From: Selaginella moellendorffii
Lineage: Eukaryota; Plantae; Lycopodiophyta
DNA length: 64,000 nt
Assembly (NCBI RefSeq): GCF_000143415.4
Contig: NW_003314383.1
Location: forward strand, 190,738-254,737
Reading direction: 5' to 3'
Position 1 is the first letter of the stretch; every line of letters starts with the position of its first letter. This document shows, one piece after another, positions 24,832 to 37,485 of the stretch. The notes beneath the pieces are model-generated. The model had not been told where the DNA came from. It ran no database searches and saw nothing but the letters and a program-made list of their open reading frames with translations. The position numbers and the translations under genes are program-made.

Positions 24832-25572
24832 TCAAGAGGCTTCCGGAGGCGGGGGATGCGTCACCGAGGCAATTTGTGCTCGTTTCTTCGTTTTCGCGAT
24901 CTTTCTAAGCAGCGAGTCCGGATCGACATGGCCTGTTACTACAACACGCTGCTTCTCCATGTCTGTGTCTACCTTTTCAACTCCTGGAGTGGAAGAAACG
25001 ATCAAGGCTCTTGCTTACAAATCCAGATTGGAGAATTCTCTTACCTCGCAATTCGCATAGCGCTGCTAGAACTCTTCGTTGGCATCCGGGACAATGCAAA
25101 GCCACCTTGAGCTCGATGATCTGACAAGCAAAATGAGAATATCTTTCTCTGAATTTGAGCTCGATCGTAGGATCAGAGATGTGTTCTTTAGCGTACCGAA
25201 GGCATTGGATTGTCCGGCTGTGGTGGCGGTGGCGGAGGATCAGAGGGCCAGACCTGGACGAGCTTCTTAAACTTTGCAACTTTCTTGAGCAGGTTTTCTT
25301 GCTCATAGTGCCCCGTGACGGTCATCTTTTGCTCCTCGAGATCCACCACGATGTTCTTCACTCCTGGAAGGAAACATCATCAAATTCAAGCTCTTACAAT
25401 CTCTCGATGACGAGCCCCACCTGGAACTTTGCACAGCTCGTTTGTTATCTTGTATCGCCCGCGATTGGACTTGGTGAGGATCTTGAGCGTCATCGTCTAA
25501 ACGAGCAAAGCAAGAGAGAGACCATGTCTGGTGTGTTCTCGCTCGGTATAACTTTACCTTCAACTCCGCCAT
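24832..25572 (-). CDS. Double heavy-metal-associated (HMA) domain protein; no CaaX tail
   Basis: Spliced: TMTLKILTKSNRGRYKITNELCKVPGVKNIVVDLEEQKMTVTG ... IELKVALHCPGCQRRVLAALCELRGVEKVDTDMEKQRVVVTGHVDP. Confidence 0.8.
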
Positions 25573-25776
25573 TTCAATGCTTGTCAATGCTTCTAATGTC
25601 GCAAACTTTGCCAAAAGATGGAGCTCTTTTATGGATGTCGTGGTTCGAGCATGGGATTTAATCATTGTTGGTTTGCAAGCAAAGATTGGATCTCGCCATG
25701 GTTTTAAAGCGAAGGTTAGCATCACCACTGTAGCGGTAAGAATGTGAAAGGTAAAGTGGTTTTGCTACCGGTGTCT

Positions 25777-25848
25777 GGTCCTATGGTCTAGTGGTTAGGA
25801 CACTGGACTCTGAATCCAGTAGCCCGAGTTCAAGTCTCGGTAGGACCT
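25777..25848 (+). tRNA. tRNA-Gln(CTG)
   Basis: GGTCCTA acceptor stem, CTGGA-CTCTGAA-TCCAG anticodon arm, GTTCAA T-loop, downstream T-run. Confidence 0.95.
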
Positions 25849-25916
25849 TTTCTCTTTTTCTCTTTCCCTCCAGTTTTTTTATTTGCTTTTCATTGCTACT
25901 TAGTTTGCCCTAAGCT

Positions 25917-27509
25917 ATGGAGGCCAGGGAGCTCCTGGAATGCGCGGCTACGTTTGGAATCAGCGATTCCTCCCAAGGATCTTCGCAGTTTGGGGATACG
26001 CTGGAGATTGCCGTGTTCCCGGATCAAGGCGGGTAAGTTTTTAGATGGGAAATTTATGGTGATCGAATTGTATTGTATGTAGGAGAGGTCTGGGTGTGGC
26101 TCGGAATGTGGAGCAGGGTGAGATGATTCTCAGAGTTCCATTTGCTGCTTTGATTGGCGTCCATTGCGCGAGGGAAGATCCCGAGTTTGGAAAAGTGCTG
26201 GTGGATTTCGCGCATTTGTCTTCTGTGCAGGTAAAGTTCTTTGTTTTCCATTAGAACTTGATAGATTTGTGCGTAGAAGAAGATTCTTTCCAGCATTTTC
26301 TCCAGCATTATCTCGTTTTCTTGTTTGAAGATCTTGACGGCGTATCTCTTGAGCGAAGTTGCCAAGTCTTGCTCCTCTCGGTGGTTTTCATATCTTCGCC
26401 ATAATCCTCAAGTTCATCACAGTCTACCTCATTTTTCCGCAATGGAAGCTGAAGAACTACAGGTCTTTTTCTTTCACTTGTCATCTTGTTTTTAACTAAC
26501 ATTGTCATAGGTGGAGGATGCGATCTCGATGGCAAAATCGTCTCTCGAAGACACTCAGAGACAGTGGAGGGAGACGTCCTCATTGCTTTCACGTCTTCGC
26601 CTCCCACGTAAGTTTACTACTTTCAAGGCCTGGCTTTGGGCCGCTGCTACCGTGAGTTGCCTTCAGATTTTCACAAATGATCTCTTATCTAGTTTGTTCT
26701 TGCGATTCAGATATCATCCAGAACGCTACACGTCCCATGGGATGACGCAGGCGTGCTATGTCCCATCGGCGACCTCTTCAACTACGACGCACCGATAGAA
26801 AGAACTATGTCTTCGAGAAATGAGGACGACGAGCTCGAGTTTACGAACAGGCTCACTGATGGTGGCTATGAAACTTCCATCAGTTCCTACTGTTTCTATG
26901 CGCGGAGGAGCTACAAAAAGGGCCAGCAGGTCTGTTTCTCTTTGGACTCTTGTCAAGAGGCTCATTTGGCGTTTCCAGGCTCTCATTTGCTACGGGCAAT
27001 ACACGAACTTGGAGCTTCTCGAACACTACGGGTTTTTGCTACCGGATAATCCTTGTGACGTGATTTACATTCCACTGCCAAGCCCGGAGGAATTCGGGCT
27101 TAAAAGTACCGGAGACAAAAGCGAAAGACAACACAACCTCGCAGCTTATTGTATAGAGGCAAGCGGGAAGCCTTCGTTTTCGTTGCTACAGCAACTAAGA
27201 CTTCGTGCCGTTCCAGCTTCTCTACGAAAGTCACACGGCTACATGGCGTCTCAAGGCTTGCCAATTTCCAGAGAGAGCGACCAGCTTGTTTTCCTCTGGC
27301 TGCAAAAGAAGTGCCAAAAGCTTCTGGAGAAACTTCCAACGACGATAGAGCAAGACGAGAGAGCTCTGGAACAGCTGGAAAAGAGTACAAGCTCTGGTTC
27401 ATGCGGAGTCGAGAGGCACAAGCTCGCCATCAAGTGGAGGCTGGGATACAAAACCATCCTGCAACGTTGTCTCACTTACAGCAAAGGCGAATCACTCGGC
27501 TTCGAGTAA
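25917..27509 (+). CDS. SDG40: SET-domain (Rubisco LSMT-like) lysine methyltransferase, SDG40-like
   Basis: FPDQGGRGL, AWLWAAATISSRTLHVPWDDAGVLCPIGDLFNY, RLTDGG, YGQYTNLELLEHYGF. Confidence 0.85.
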
Positions 27510-29379
27510 CCACCGATACTTTGCAAGAGTTTCTTCTTCCAGCGGCTCCAGGAACTCGCTCTTGCCAAGGATGTCTTTCGGCGGCAATCCAGAGACGAGA
27601 TTTGTATCCAGCCGGGGACCAGCAGGCTCTGAAGATCCGTTGTCAGCGACGTCTGCGAATCTCAATGGCGAAGCTCCACAAAACGCTTCCTGGTGGAAGG
27701 CCAAACTTCGCGCTGGCTGGAGGCAAAACTCTAGCCATTGAGAAACCAGTGGAGAGGGTCCTCTTATGCGTCCACCGGCTTTATCACTTTTGATTTTAAT
27801 CGCAGCAGGGATTGCCTGCACGTAGAGAGGACAGTGTCACGAATGAATCATCACTGGAAGAATATCAAAACTTACCCATACATCGGCCCAAAGACTAGTC
27901 CCGGACGCAGGAGCTATAACACCAACGTTGGATTGCCGCTTAGCAAATGGTAGAACGTCGTTCGACCATCCCACCGCGATCCAGACATCTCCCGCTCCTA
28001 AAGCTCTCAAATAGTTGATGTTATCGAACACTCTCACCTGCGGAGAAGTGCACAGTGAGAAGCACAATCAAGCGGGCTGGTCACTTGCCTGTTTTCTTAA
28101 TCTCAAAAATCTCTCCTTGACAGCTTCTTGTCCACCGTGAACTTCAGCATCGAGATTTCTTGCATTGTAAGACGCTCCGAGGGACTTTAGCACCAGACCG
28201 ACGACCTCTCGAGTGGATTCTATCATGGAAATTCTTCCGGCAAGCTCTGGCTTCCAAAGATCGTCCCAGTCCTGAGGAAAACAGAAAGTTTTACAGGAAA
28301 AAGTTTTACGCAACTGTTTGTACCTTGATATCTTGTAGACCAGCTTTTGCAAGTTTGTCTTTCCTATAAGCTATCACCATGCAACCACACCGATATGGCG
28401 CACCCCAAACTTGTCCAGTTTCGTCTGGACGCCCTTGTGCATCCCGTCTAAGGATGGCCTGTAAAAATCAAAGTTTTGTAATGTAGTGAAAGACTCTGAA
28501 AAAAAGAAGAAAAAGTACCTGCCATTTCGGGTCAAGATGCTGAAACCACTCGAGCTCCTGGGGTTTCCCAACAGAAGCGATCAGCTTGTTTCTTATGGCG
28601 ACACCAAGCCACGAATCTCCGAGCGTGACAACGTCAGCCGCCATGGTCGACTTACTCGTAAGTTGTCCACTGTTTTTAGCAGACACAAGCTGGGTGTAAA
28701 TTGTGTCGAGAGATCCAAGAAACTCTGCACCGAGTTTCATTTGTTTCCCTTGAGACACCATAAAATCCTGCCACCAAAAGGTTCTCTCAAATACGTGCAT
28801 GAAAGACACAAAAGCGATACCTTGATCCAAACAGGAGGAACCGATCCTCGAAGGCCGACTATCCTCAGTGGAAAGCTTATAGAATATGGAACCGTCTTCC
28901 ACTGCTCGTAAGCACGTCGCATCTCTTCACTCATATTCTCAGCTCCATCTTCCTAGACATTGAAGACCACTGGTTTTAGAAGCGAGAGAAGTAATAATCG
29001 AAAACATCTAGGACTATGAGATACCTGAAGCTCGAACATCTAGTACATTCTTGTTTTCGTGCTCGAGCTCCTGACTTTCAGCAGCCGCAAAAGAAATCCT
29101 GGTAGAAGTTTGCAGCTCTCCAGAAATCCGAGCAAAACAAGCATGGCCTCGATGTTCGCCAGCCAAAGAAGCAGCGAGACCAGCGCTCAAGAGGGACATA
29201 GCACACAAGAGTTTACCACATTCTCCCTTGATAGCAGCGAGAAGCTGCTCTTTCTTCTTGCTGCCAGAGCCATCGACACTCTCCAAGCTACAAGCGCGCG
29301 GACGAAATGTCGCTCGCGGACTTAGCACAATGCCTCCGCATCGAAGAAAAGGAAAGGCGACGGCAGTGGCGCCCTCCAT
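27492..29379 (-). CDS. ENF2: Plastid spermidine/putrescine-binding (PotD/PotF-like) protein
   Basis: LRGSVPPVWI, ADVVTLGDSWL, DWDDLWKPELAGRISM, WIAVGWSNDV, PASGTSLWADVW, SEFLEPL. Multi-exon. Confidence 0.8.
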
Positions 29380-29441
29380 TCTCTTCTACAATACCCAAGT
29401 AGGGCATACCCAGGAACGAAGAACCCTAAAAATCAATCGCC

Positions 29442-29772
29442 ATGCTTTCTTCCCCCGGTGAGTGCCAATCCTTCTCGACCCAATTCCTGCTCTCACAATC
29501 GATCCAATGCAGCGGCAAAGAAGCCTGACGAGCAGCCGGCGCCACCGGCGAGCAAGTACGATCTCCCTCTCGGCACGCAATTCGAATACATTCCCACCAA
29601 GAAGATCGAGCTCAACAGGATTCGAGCGAAATACGGCGCCGCGGAGCTCCAGAGGATGCTCGACTCGGTGGAAGCCAAGCCGCCGCCGCCGCGAATCGCC
29701 GAGTTCCTGGCAATCAAGGGCTTCCTGGACGTGGATTTAGCAGACCCGGATCTAGCGCCCCTGCTCGAGTAG
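29442..29772 (+). CDS. Small uncharacterised protein (about 90 aa)
   Basis: ATG 29442, likely GT-AG intron at 29458-29512, GC-rich coding-like sequence ending GFLDVDLADPDLAPLLE. Telo-box-like motif upstream. Confidence 0.55.
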
Positions 29773-30644
29773 CACCAAGAACCCTAAATCGCAGAGTACT
29801 TTACCTAACAAAAGTATTTACCTTTATTAAGAGTCTTAGGGCTTCCTAATTCTTACCGCCAAAAGTTACCGTGGTAATGTCGGTGTTACGTGGTAAATGA
29901 ATAAAATACGTAAAGGTGAAAATCCTGCTGCCCTGCTGGGCAGCCAAAAAGATTCTGCCCGCTGCGCTGCCCTGCTGCCGTGTCGTGGGCTCGATTTTAA
30001 TCCCCTTCCAAAATATTTCTTTTCTCCATTTTTTAATGTATCCCAAAAAGATAACTAGCCACCAAAAAAAAGGACTGGTTAGTTTTTTTGCCAAGTACTT
30101 TGTTGGGACGTCGACGTCACCAATGTGATGTGGTCATGGGCTACAACAATTTCCCACGACCCATTGGCCGCGTGCGCCCGACGCGTGGCGGGATCTCAGC
30201 GGATCCGCGACGTGGCCAGTATCTTTGTCTAGGGGCCGTCGGATGCGCGGGAGCGACGGCTGGGATTCGCGAGCCCCGACTTTTGTTTTTCTTCGTCTCT
30301 CTCTTCGCGCGGCTGAACTGGTCGCCCTTGCAGCGCTTTGGTAATTCGTACGGGTCCTTGCGGCCGAGAAAGAATGGCCCATCCCATGCAACACACATTA
30401 AAGGTGGTTTGTTGGTTCGTAGCTTCGTTCGTTCGTCTCATTGTTGCCTTCTTTCTGGTGGGATAGCGCTTTTTCTCCTTGAAGAGCTCTCGTTGCTTCC
30501 AAATCTACTGTCGAGAGAGATGTGTGAGCTCCAAACCTTCTCCTCTTTTCTAGTTGATGAAATCTAGAGTGTTTGATTGCTGGTTACCTTTGAGCGAGTC
30601 TCCACTGCTAACACCATAGTCCCAGTCGAAAAGAGCGTTCTGTA

Positions 30645-31667
30645 ATGCAGAGAGAGCTCCACGGAAGAAGCTGTGCTGGTCCTGCGGCTGCCAAGAGTGT
30701 TAGTAGTACTAGAGCCGCTCACAAACGCATCAAGGCCCCTGATGGCTTGCTGGATTGGATAACGGAGAAGAGGGGTCGTTGATCCAGGCTTCAGCTGGCG
30801 GACAAGGAATGCTCCGCCGGCACACCCAGCGCTGGAAGTGGCGATGGCGATGACTCCTCCACCGGAGCGGGCGATCAGGATATTTCTTCGTCGTTTCACA
30901 AAGGTGGACGAGCTCGAGGACGCGGAGGCTCTTCGTCCAGGTCCAAGCCCTCGGACAGGCATCCAGTTTACATCGGTGTACGCCGACGCAGCTGGGGGAA
31001 GTGGGTGTCCGAGATCCGGGAGCCGAAGAAGAAGAACCGGATATGGCTCGGTTCCTTTCCAACACCGGAGATGGCTGCTCGGGCTCACGATGTTGCTGCT
31101 CTCTGCCTTCGAGGAGAGGACGCTCACTTGAATTTTCCGGATTCAGTCCACACTTTGCCTCGTCCTGAGCGTTTGTCGCCGAAATGTATCCAGGAAGCAG
31201 CTACATCAGCAGCAATGTCTTTCCAGGATAGACTTCTTCCATACACTGCTCCACAGCAGCAGCAGCAGCAGCAGGAACAGCAGGAGAAACCGGACCAAAC
31301 TGAGCGGCACGAAGAGCAGCAACAGCACCAGCAGCAAAACTCCCAGCAGCCGGCTAAAGTCGTCAAGTTGGAAGTTTCTTCTTCTCCAGGTTCTCGCAGT
31401 AAACTCTCCTCTGATCATCACCGTCACTCATCTCAAATGCAAACGGCGGCTTCTGATGCTACTGCAGCTGCTGCGGGGGCTTCTCCTCAGACATTTGAGT
31501 ACGTTGACGAGGATTTCATCTTCAACATGCCCACCATTCTATCCAGTATGGCTGAAGCACTGGCCGTTCCACTGCCACCACCACCGCAAGATGATCGCGA
31601 CGACAACGAAGAAAATGCTGAGGACGGCACCATCTGGGATCCATCTACTTGGGATCGCTACTCTTGA
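30645..31667 (+). CDS. AP2/ERF DREB A-4 (TINY-like) transcription factor; start uncertain (in-frame TGA at 30780)
   Basis: [56 protein letters not shown], poly-Q, acidic C-terminus. Confidence 0.85.
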
Positions 31668-33161
31668 TTCTGATTCTTTCTTTCTTCCTGGAATCCTCAA
31701 GCTGTTTGTTGCAAAACCTGTATTAACGCTTTGCTTGTATGTCTTAAACAGCGAGCTTTCCATCTGTTAAGACGATTTGGTACTGCTGTTACTGGCCCTG
31801 CTGCAGTGCTGCAAGTGGCAAACAAGATAAATCATCCAGCTTTTCTTTTTGGAAGTTGATCTTACTTGTTTTATATGCCGCCTTCAAGGATTTGGAGATC
31901 AAGCGCAAAAGTAAATTAAGTGTGCTAGTCGTCAATGATCGCGACATTCCAAGTTTCTTCCTCTCTAAACCCGTTCACAATCCTTGGCATTCCACACCTT
32001 CAGTTTTCCAAACATCATCTAACAAATATAAATAAAATGAAAAGCATTACCTTGGTTATGATCTTCTGACAAAGACCGACGCCGTTTGGTCGTCCAAAAA
32101 ACAACAATGGCTAGGCATGCAAGATGCATTGCACTAGGCACACCTTGGATTTGCTTAATAACATCTCGCGTCATCGTTTTAAGTACCAATGTTCCTGCTA
32201 ACTCTAACACGACGAGTCAGTCCACATCCATTAGTACTTGTGAGCCAAATCAAATCTCCATAGACTTCCATGCTTACTGGAGATAGCAGGCGAGCCGAGG
32301 CGAGACGAGACAACTCGCGAGGTGTTCTTCGTTGACAGAGACAACCACAGGCGCTTTGATTTTCTTCCGCATCTGTTTTGTTGATGAGTCCTCCTGATAA
32401 GCTTTCTCTCCACTAGCCACGGCCGGATATCTCCTGAGGCAGCGAATGAAACTGCCTAGCTAACAGGAGTTGACGGCATTGGCTGCCCCTTGCTGCAATC
32501 CTGGCACTCGCTACTTTTTTCTCTCCTGCTTTTTCTTTTCCTCAGCTCCCAGGTCTGGACATCTGCACAGCCAGACCAGTCATCGACTTCCCATATAGCA
32601 CGGATAAAAGAGTAATCCAATTCTGGAAGCTCGGTTCCCGGAGCATCCCAGCACCAAAGAGATACCAAACATCAGGCATGAGCGAACTACCACACACGCA
32701 TTCATCAGCTTTGCCAAAGATAATTTCCAGCACCCGTTCCGTACACGGAAAGCAAAGCCCTTGCGAGCAGCATGAGCCAATCAATACCCTGAACTTACAG
32801 CTTGCAAGAAGAAAGGCATAGAAAATCAGATCTGCTGTCATTGACAACAAAAGCTATGTACCTCCGCACTGTGAAGGCACGTTAATGCAACTGAAGCAAG
32901 AAAGGGGCCTTTAACTCGGTAGGTTTCATGCTACAAATCCAAAGACAAATCAAGAGAAGCACACATGCTTAAACAAACACAGCCATCCATAGAAGCAGCC
33001 ACTTCAGGGAACAGCGAAAATTAGAAAACAAAGGATAAGTCGGTGCGCAGCCTTAAAGAATTTGGACTCGACGATTCAAGCACTAGGAGATCCAACGAAG
33101 AATTCAAATGCATCCCCCCCGAAAATGATTAAAAAGAAAAGATCTGTACCTCCACAAACAA

Positions 33162-34698
33162 CTAGGCATTGGCCACCTTGTCCATCTCAGTCACACTCTG
33201 CGCTGCCAGAGTGTTGTGAAGCTTAACAAACTGACTGAATGATAGTTGATGAGGCCTTGCCTGGAAGAATCCAGCGAATGAGCTAGGAGCAAAGGAAAAA
33301 TGATAAAACATCTTACAGTCTCAATGACGCCGATGGAACAAAGAGCATTTTCAACCTCGGAACTACTGTAGAGATGCCGCAGGGATGTTCGCAGCATTTT
33401 TCGTTTCCCGGTGAAGGCTGAATTCACCTGAAATTTACAACCATCTAGTTATATTTCCATGGATACTTGCGAGATCAACTAACCAGAGTAAAGAACCTCT
33501 TGACAGATTTGACTTCAGGGTATTGAGAACTATCTTTCAAGGAAAAGGACACAACCGCACCGTTAACCTGCTAGAAGACACACGCATTAAAATATGCGCA
33601 CGGCGCGTACGCTTGATAACACTTACAGGGGGAGGAGGAAAAAAGTTCAAGCGATCCACTTTGAATTTGTACTCCATCTCTGCAAACAAGTAAAGGTTTT
33701 GAAGGAAGCATAAAAAACAAAAGGCTCACCTGAGAAAAATCGAATGAATATGCTGATGGGCCGATATTCATCTCCTTTTGGAGAATCGTCAATAAACCTT
33801 GCAGCAGCCTCATCCTACAGGATCGCTCGCTTTAGTGCTCTGGAAAGACATACATAAGCTCCCACCATACTTGTAAAAGCAGCACTACGTTAGAAAACAA
33901 GTCTCCCATAGGTAGCAGCTTTTTCACAACATCCGTTGTGATGTTAAAAGGCAGATTGGAGACAACCTGAAACAAAGATGTATTCAGGGAACAAAAAGAA
34001 AGAGAAGTCAAAGAAATGGAATAAAAGAAAGACACACCCCACCTTAACAAGTTTAGATGGACTTTTGATGGTTTCCATCCAGTTGCTTAGATGTAATCTT
34101 ATATGCCACTTCAAAATATCGTCCTGGAACAACTGAAAGGAGAGAAAAATGAGAGAGAAAAGAAAGAGACTACCTTCACTCTAGGATTATCTTTGAAGCG
34201 TTCGGAAACCAAAGAGACCATGTCTGGATCCTACACAAGATAGATAAACTGATAGAAGGAAGAAAGATTTCGCGAACCTTTTCTACAGCTATAACGTAAG
34301 CTCCGGCACACAAGAGGGAATCCGTAAGAGCTCCAGTGCCCGGCCCAATTTCCAGCACCAAATCACCCGGTTGGATCTCGGCAGCTCTCACGATTTCGTC
34401 ATTGATATTCGAATTTACCATGTAATTCTGGGCGGGCGACAAGCAAATCCATCATCGACTCAAACTCAAGAAGAAGAAGAAGAAATGCTACCTGTCCAAG
34501 CCATCGCTTCGGCCTCCTATTCTTCGATTTGAGCGCCTCAAGAGTTCGCCGATAATTCTCGCTGCTATTGGAGGAGGAAGAGGAAGAAGAACTCGTCGCT
34601 CCACAGGAAATGCTGCATTTCGCGCCGCGGCAAGGCACAAGCTCGTCACATTTCGACGCAAAACTCGCGATGGCGATGGCGCCATGCGATCGAATCAT
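33162..34698 (-). CDS. PFC1: Plastid 16S rRNA dimethyladenosine transferase (KsgA/Dim1)
   Basis: LGQNYMVN, VLEIGPGTGALT, VVSNLPFNITT, VNSAFTGKRKMLRTSL. Multi-exon. Confidence 0.9.
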
Positions 34699-34752
34699 CG
34701 CATTTGCCCAATAAACCCTAAAACCCTCTCAAGAACCCTAAAAATCTGAGAG
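34699..34752. promoter_or_regulatory. Telo-box-rich bidirectional spacer
   Basis: AAACCCTAAAACCCT and AACCCTAA between divergent PFC1 and TH1 ATGs. Confidence 0.55.
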
Positions 34753-36847
34753 ATGATGCTAAATCTCGCTTGCTCCTTCCGATTCAAGAGCGTCACAGCA
34801 ACGGCGGCATTCTCCACGGACTCGCCAGCCCATGTCCCGTGCGTTCTCACGATTGCTGGCTCGGACTCCGGGGCTGGAGCGGGAATTCAAGCCGATATCA
34901 AGGCCTGCGCTGCTCGTGGCGTCTATTGCTGCTCCGCGATCACGTCTGTCACCGCGCAGAACACGATCGGCGTCCAGGTTTGCTCCTTCGCTGGATTGGA
35001 TCTCTCCTTTAGCTCAAGGATTTTTCATTAGTCCAGGGAATAAGTACTCTACCAGCGGCATTTGTGGAGCAGCAAATAAACTCGGTGCTCGATGATATTC
35101 ACGTTGATGTGGTAAGTTCTTTCCTCCTTTTGTCTCGTGCTTCACGAATCTTTCCAGGTGAAAACGGGAATGCTGGCTTCTCCCGAGATCATCCAGAGTG
35201 TGTGCTCTAGGATCAAACACTACTCGATTGGATGTATGTTCTTGTTTAGTTTCCTCCAAAGCGCTCACGAACTTTGCGAAAGTTTTGCAGCTTTGGTGGT
35301 GGATCCTGTCATGGTGTCAACGAGTGGGCATGAGCTTTCAGGTCCTAGCATTTTGGATCGATTGAGGTATGGATTTTCCAGCTCGTCTTTCGCGATTTTC
35401 ATACGTCTTTTTTGTGTTTGTTTCCCTCGCAGGAAAGCTCTGCTTCCTTTGGCGACTATCGTCACACCAAATATGTCGGAAGCCTCGGTTCTAGCTGATG
35501 GTAAACCTGTGAATACTGTGCTTGACATGAGAGAAGTTGCGGCAGAGATTCACCGAATGGGACCAAGGTGAGAGCAAAAATATTTTATTACTGGATTTGA
35601 GGGTGGTTTCTTTCGACAGGTATGTTCTTGTCAAAGGGGGACATCTGAAGAACTCGCACGATCTTGTGGACGTTCTTTACGATGGTAAATCTTACATTGG
35701 TTGTTCTGTGACTTTTCTTTCTTTCTTTTAATCGACAGGTTCTGGATGGCACGAGTTGCGGGGAAGTCGCATAAAAACACGGAGTACTCATGGAACTGGA
35801 TGCACATTGGCTGCCTCAATAGCGGCTGAGCTCGCTAAAGGTTTAGACGTTCTTCCGGCTGTCATGGTAAACACTTGCGTCAATGATCAATTCTTTTCAT
35901 TATCACTGATCTAACGTTGTCGTGTCAGGCTGCGAAGGAGTACGTTGCAAAAGCTCTCGAGCATAGCAGCAGCATAAAAATTGGTGGGGGAGCTCAGGGC
36001 CCAATGAATCATTTTTTTCAGCTTGCTGACTGGGGAAAGCTCTCCTCTCGCCAATGTCGCTTCGACCCCAGGAAGCTCTTCCTATATGCAGTTACAGATT
36101 CTGGTATGAACAAACGCTGGGACAGATCGACACCTGCAGCAGTCGAACAAGCTATACAAGGTGGTGCTACCATAATCCAGATCAGGTACTTGTACTCATT
36201 TTGATTTTCATATTTGTCGTGACGATTCTTTCCAGAGAGAAAGAGGCTGAAACGTTGGAATTCATCGAAGTATGTATACTATACTCTTTGCGCGCACTTC
36301 TGTGTCTTTGTTTTTAAAGTTTTGTGATCAGATTGCCGAGGCTTCTCTTGCTATTGGTCGAAAATATGGCGTGCCTGTACTGATCAACGACCGTGTGGAC
36401 GTGGCTGTCGCGTGCAATGCAGACGGTGTTCATCTCGGACAGACAGACATGCCAGTCCGACTTGCACGCTCAATTCTTGGTCCCGGCAAGATCATCGGCA
36501 CGTCCTGCAAGACAGTCGAACAAGCAGTAAAAGCTTACGAAGATGGTGCTGATTACATTGGCTGCGGAGGAGTCTATCCAACGACCACGAAGAAGAAAAA
36601 CAAAACTATAGGCTTGGACGGCTTGCGTCTTCTCTGCGAAGCAAGCCCACTTCCGGTGGTGGCCATTGGTGGTATATCAGCGGCAAACGTGGAAGAAGTC
36701 ATGAACTCACGTCCGGCGATGCTACATGGCGTGGCCGTCGTCTCAACGCTGTTTGATCAGTCGGATGTTGGCCAGGCTACGCGTGATCTCCGTGCCAGCA
36801 TGACAGCAGCACTCTCAGAGTCCACAGCAGGAAAAGTCTTCTCTTAG
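34753..36847 (+). CDS. TH1: Bifunctional HMP-P kinase / thiamine-phosphate synthase (ThiD-ThiE)
   Basis: [81 protein letters not shown]. Confidence 0.96.
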
Positions 36848-37485
36848 ACAGGCCGTCAGCGACACGCATTAAGATGGAGATAGCGAAGATATGGAACAGG
36901 AGGGTGACTGCACGAAAAGATCTCTAGATCGGGCAAGTATCTGTGCTCGCGGCACTCTAGAGAGATTAAGTTGGTGGAGGTACCCCGTGCTCGCCTACAA
37001 TAATCATCTAGATATTCACGGGATAGTGGGGGATCGACCAAGTCTTTCGAGTTTTAAGTACTCCATGGGGAACAGGGGAGGGACAGCTTAAAGAATGCGG
37101 AGAATTTGGTGATTGTTGCTGCATCATGCAACTTGGGCAGGATTTTAGCGCTATAGAAAACTCATGCCGGGGGAGACAACGAGACAAGAGTTTTGAATTC
37201 CCGAGAGCAAGCTACAGGGAGGGAGCTAGAAACATAGGAGATCTGGAGGTGTTGGTGGTGGTATTTTTGCGTGGTCAGCATGCCAAGAATCCCGGAAAGA
37301 TGGTAGCAGTATCGTAACCATAAAATCGAGGTAGTTTTTTACGGGGCAGAGAAAACAGGTGGCCATCTCCTCAAGGCAGAAAAGAGAGATTTTAAGGCAG
37401 ATTCAGGAAGTCCAAGGAAAGAGATCAAGAAACCGAGAAAAAGTCTCGTGGAAAAAGTCGGAGAACAGGGGATTGGAAGACTGGG

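Noticed and set aside
31900-33100. Short minus-strand ORFs downstream of PFC1
   Set aside because: No recognisable motif and no consistent spliced frame.
36848-37100. TPP riboswitch in the TH1 3' region
   Set aside because: No CTGAGA / GAACCTGA-TAAT core seen; plant TPP riboswitches are typical of THIC.
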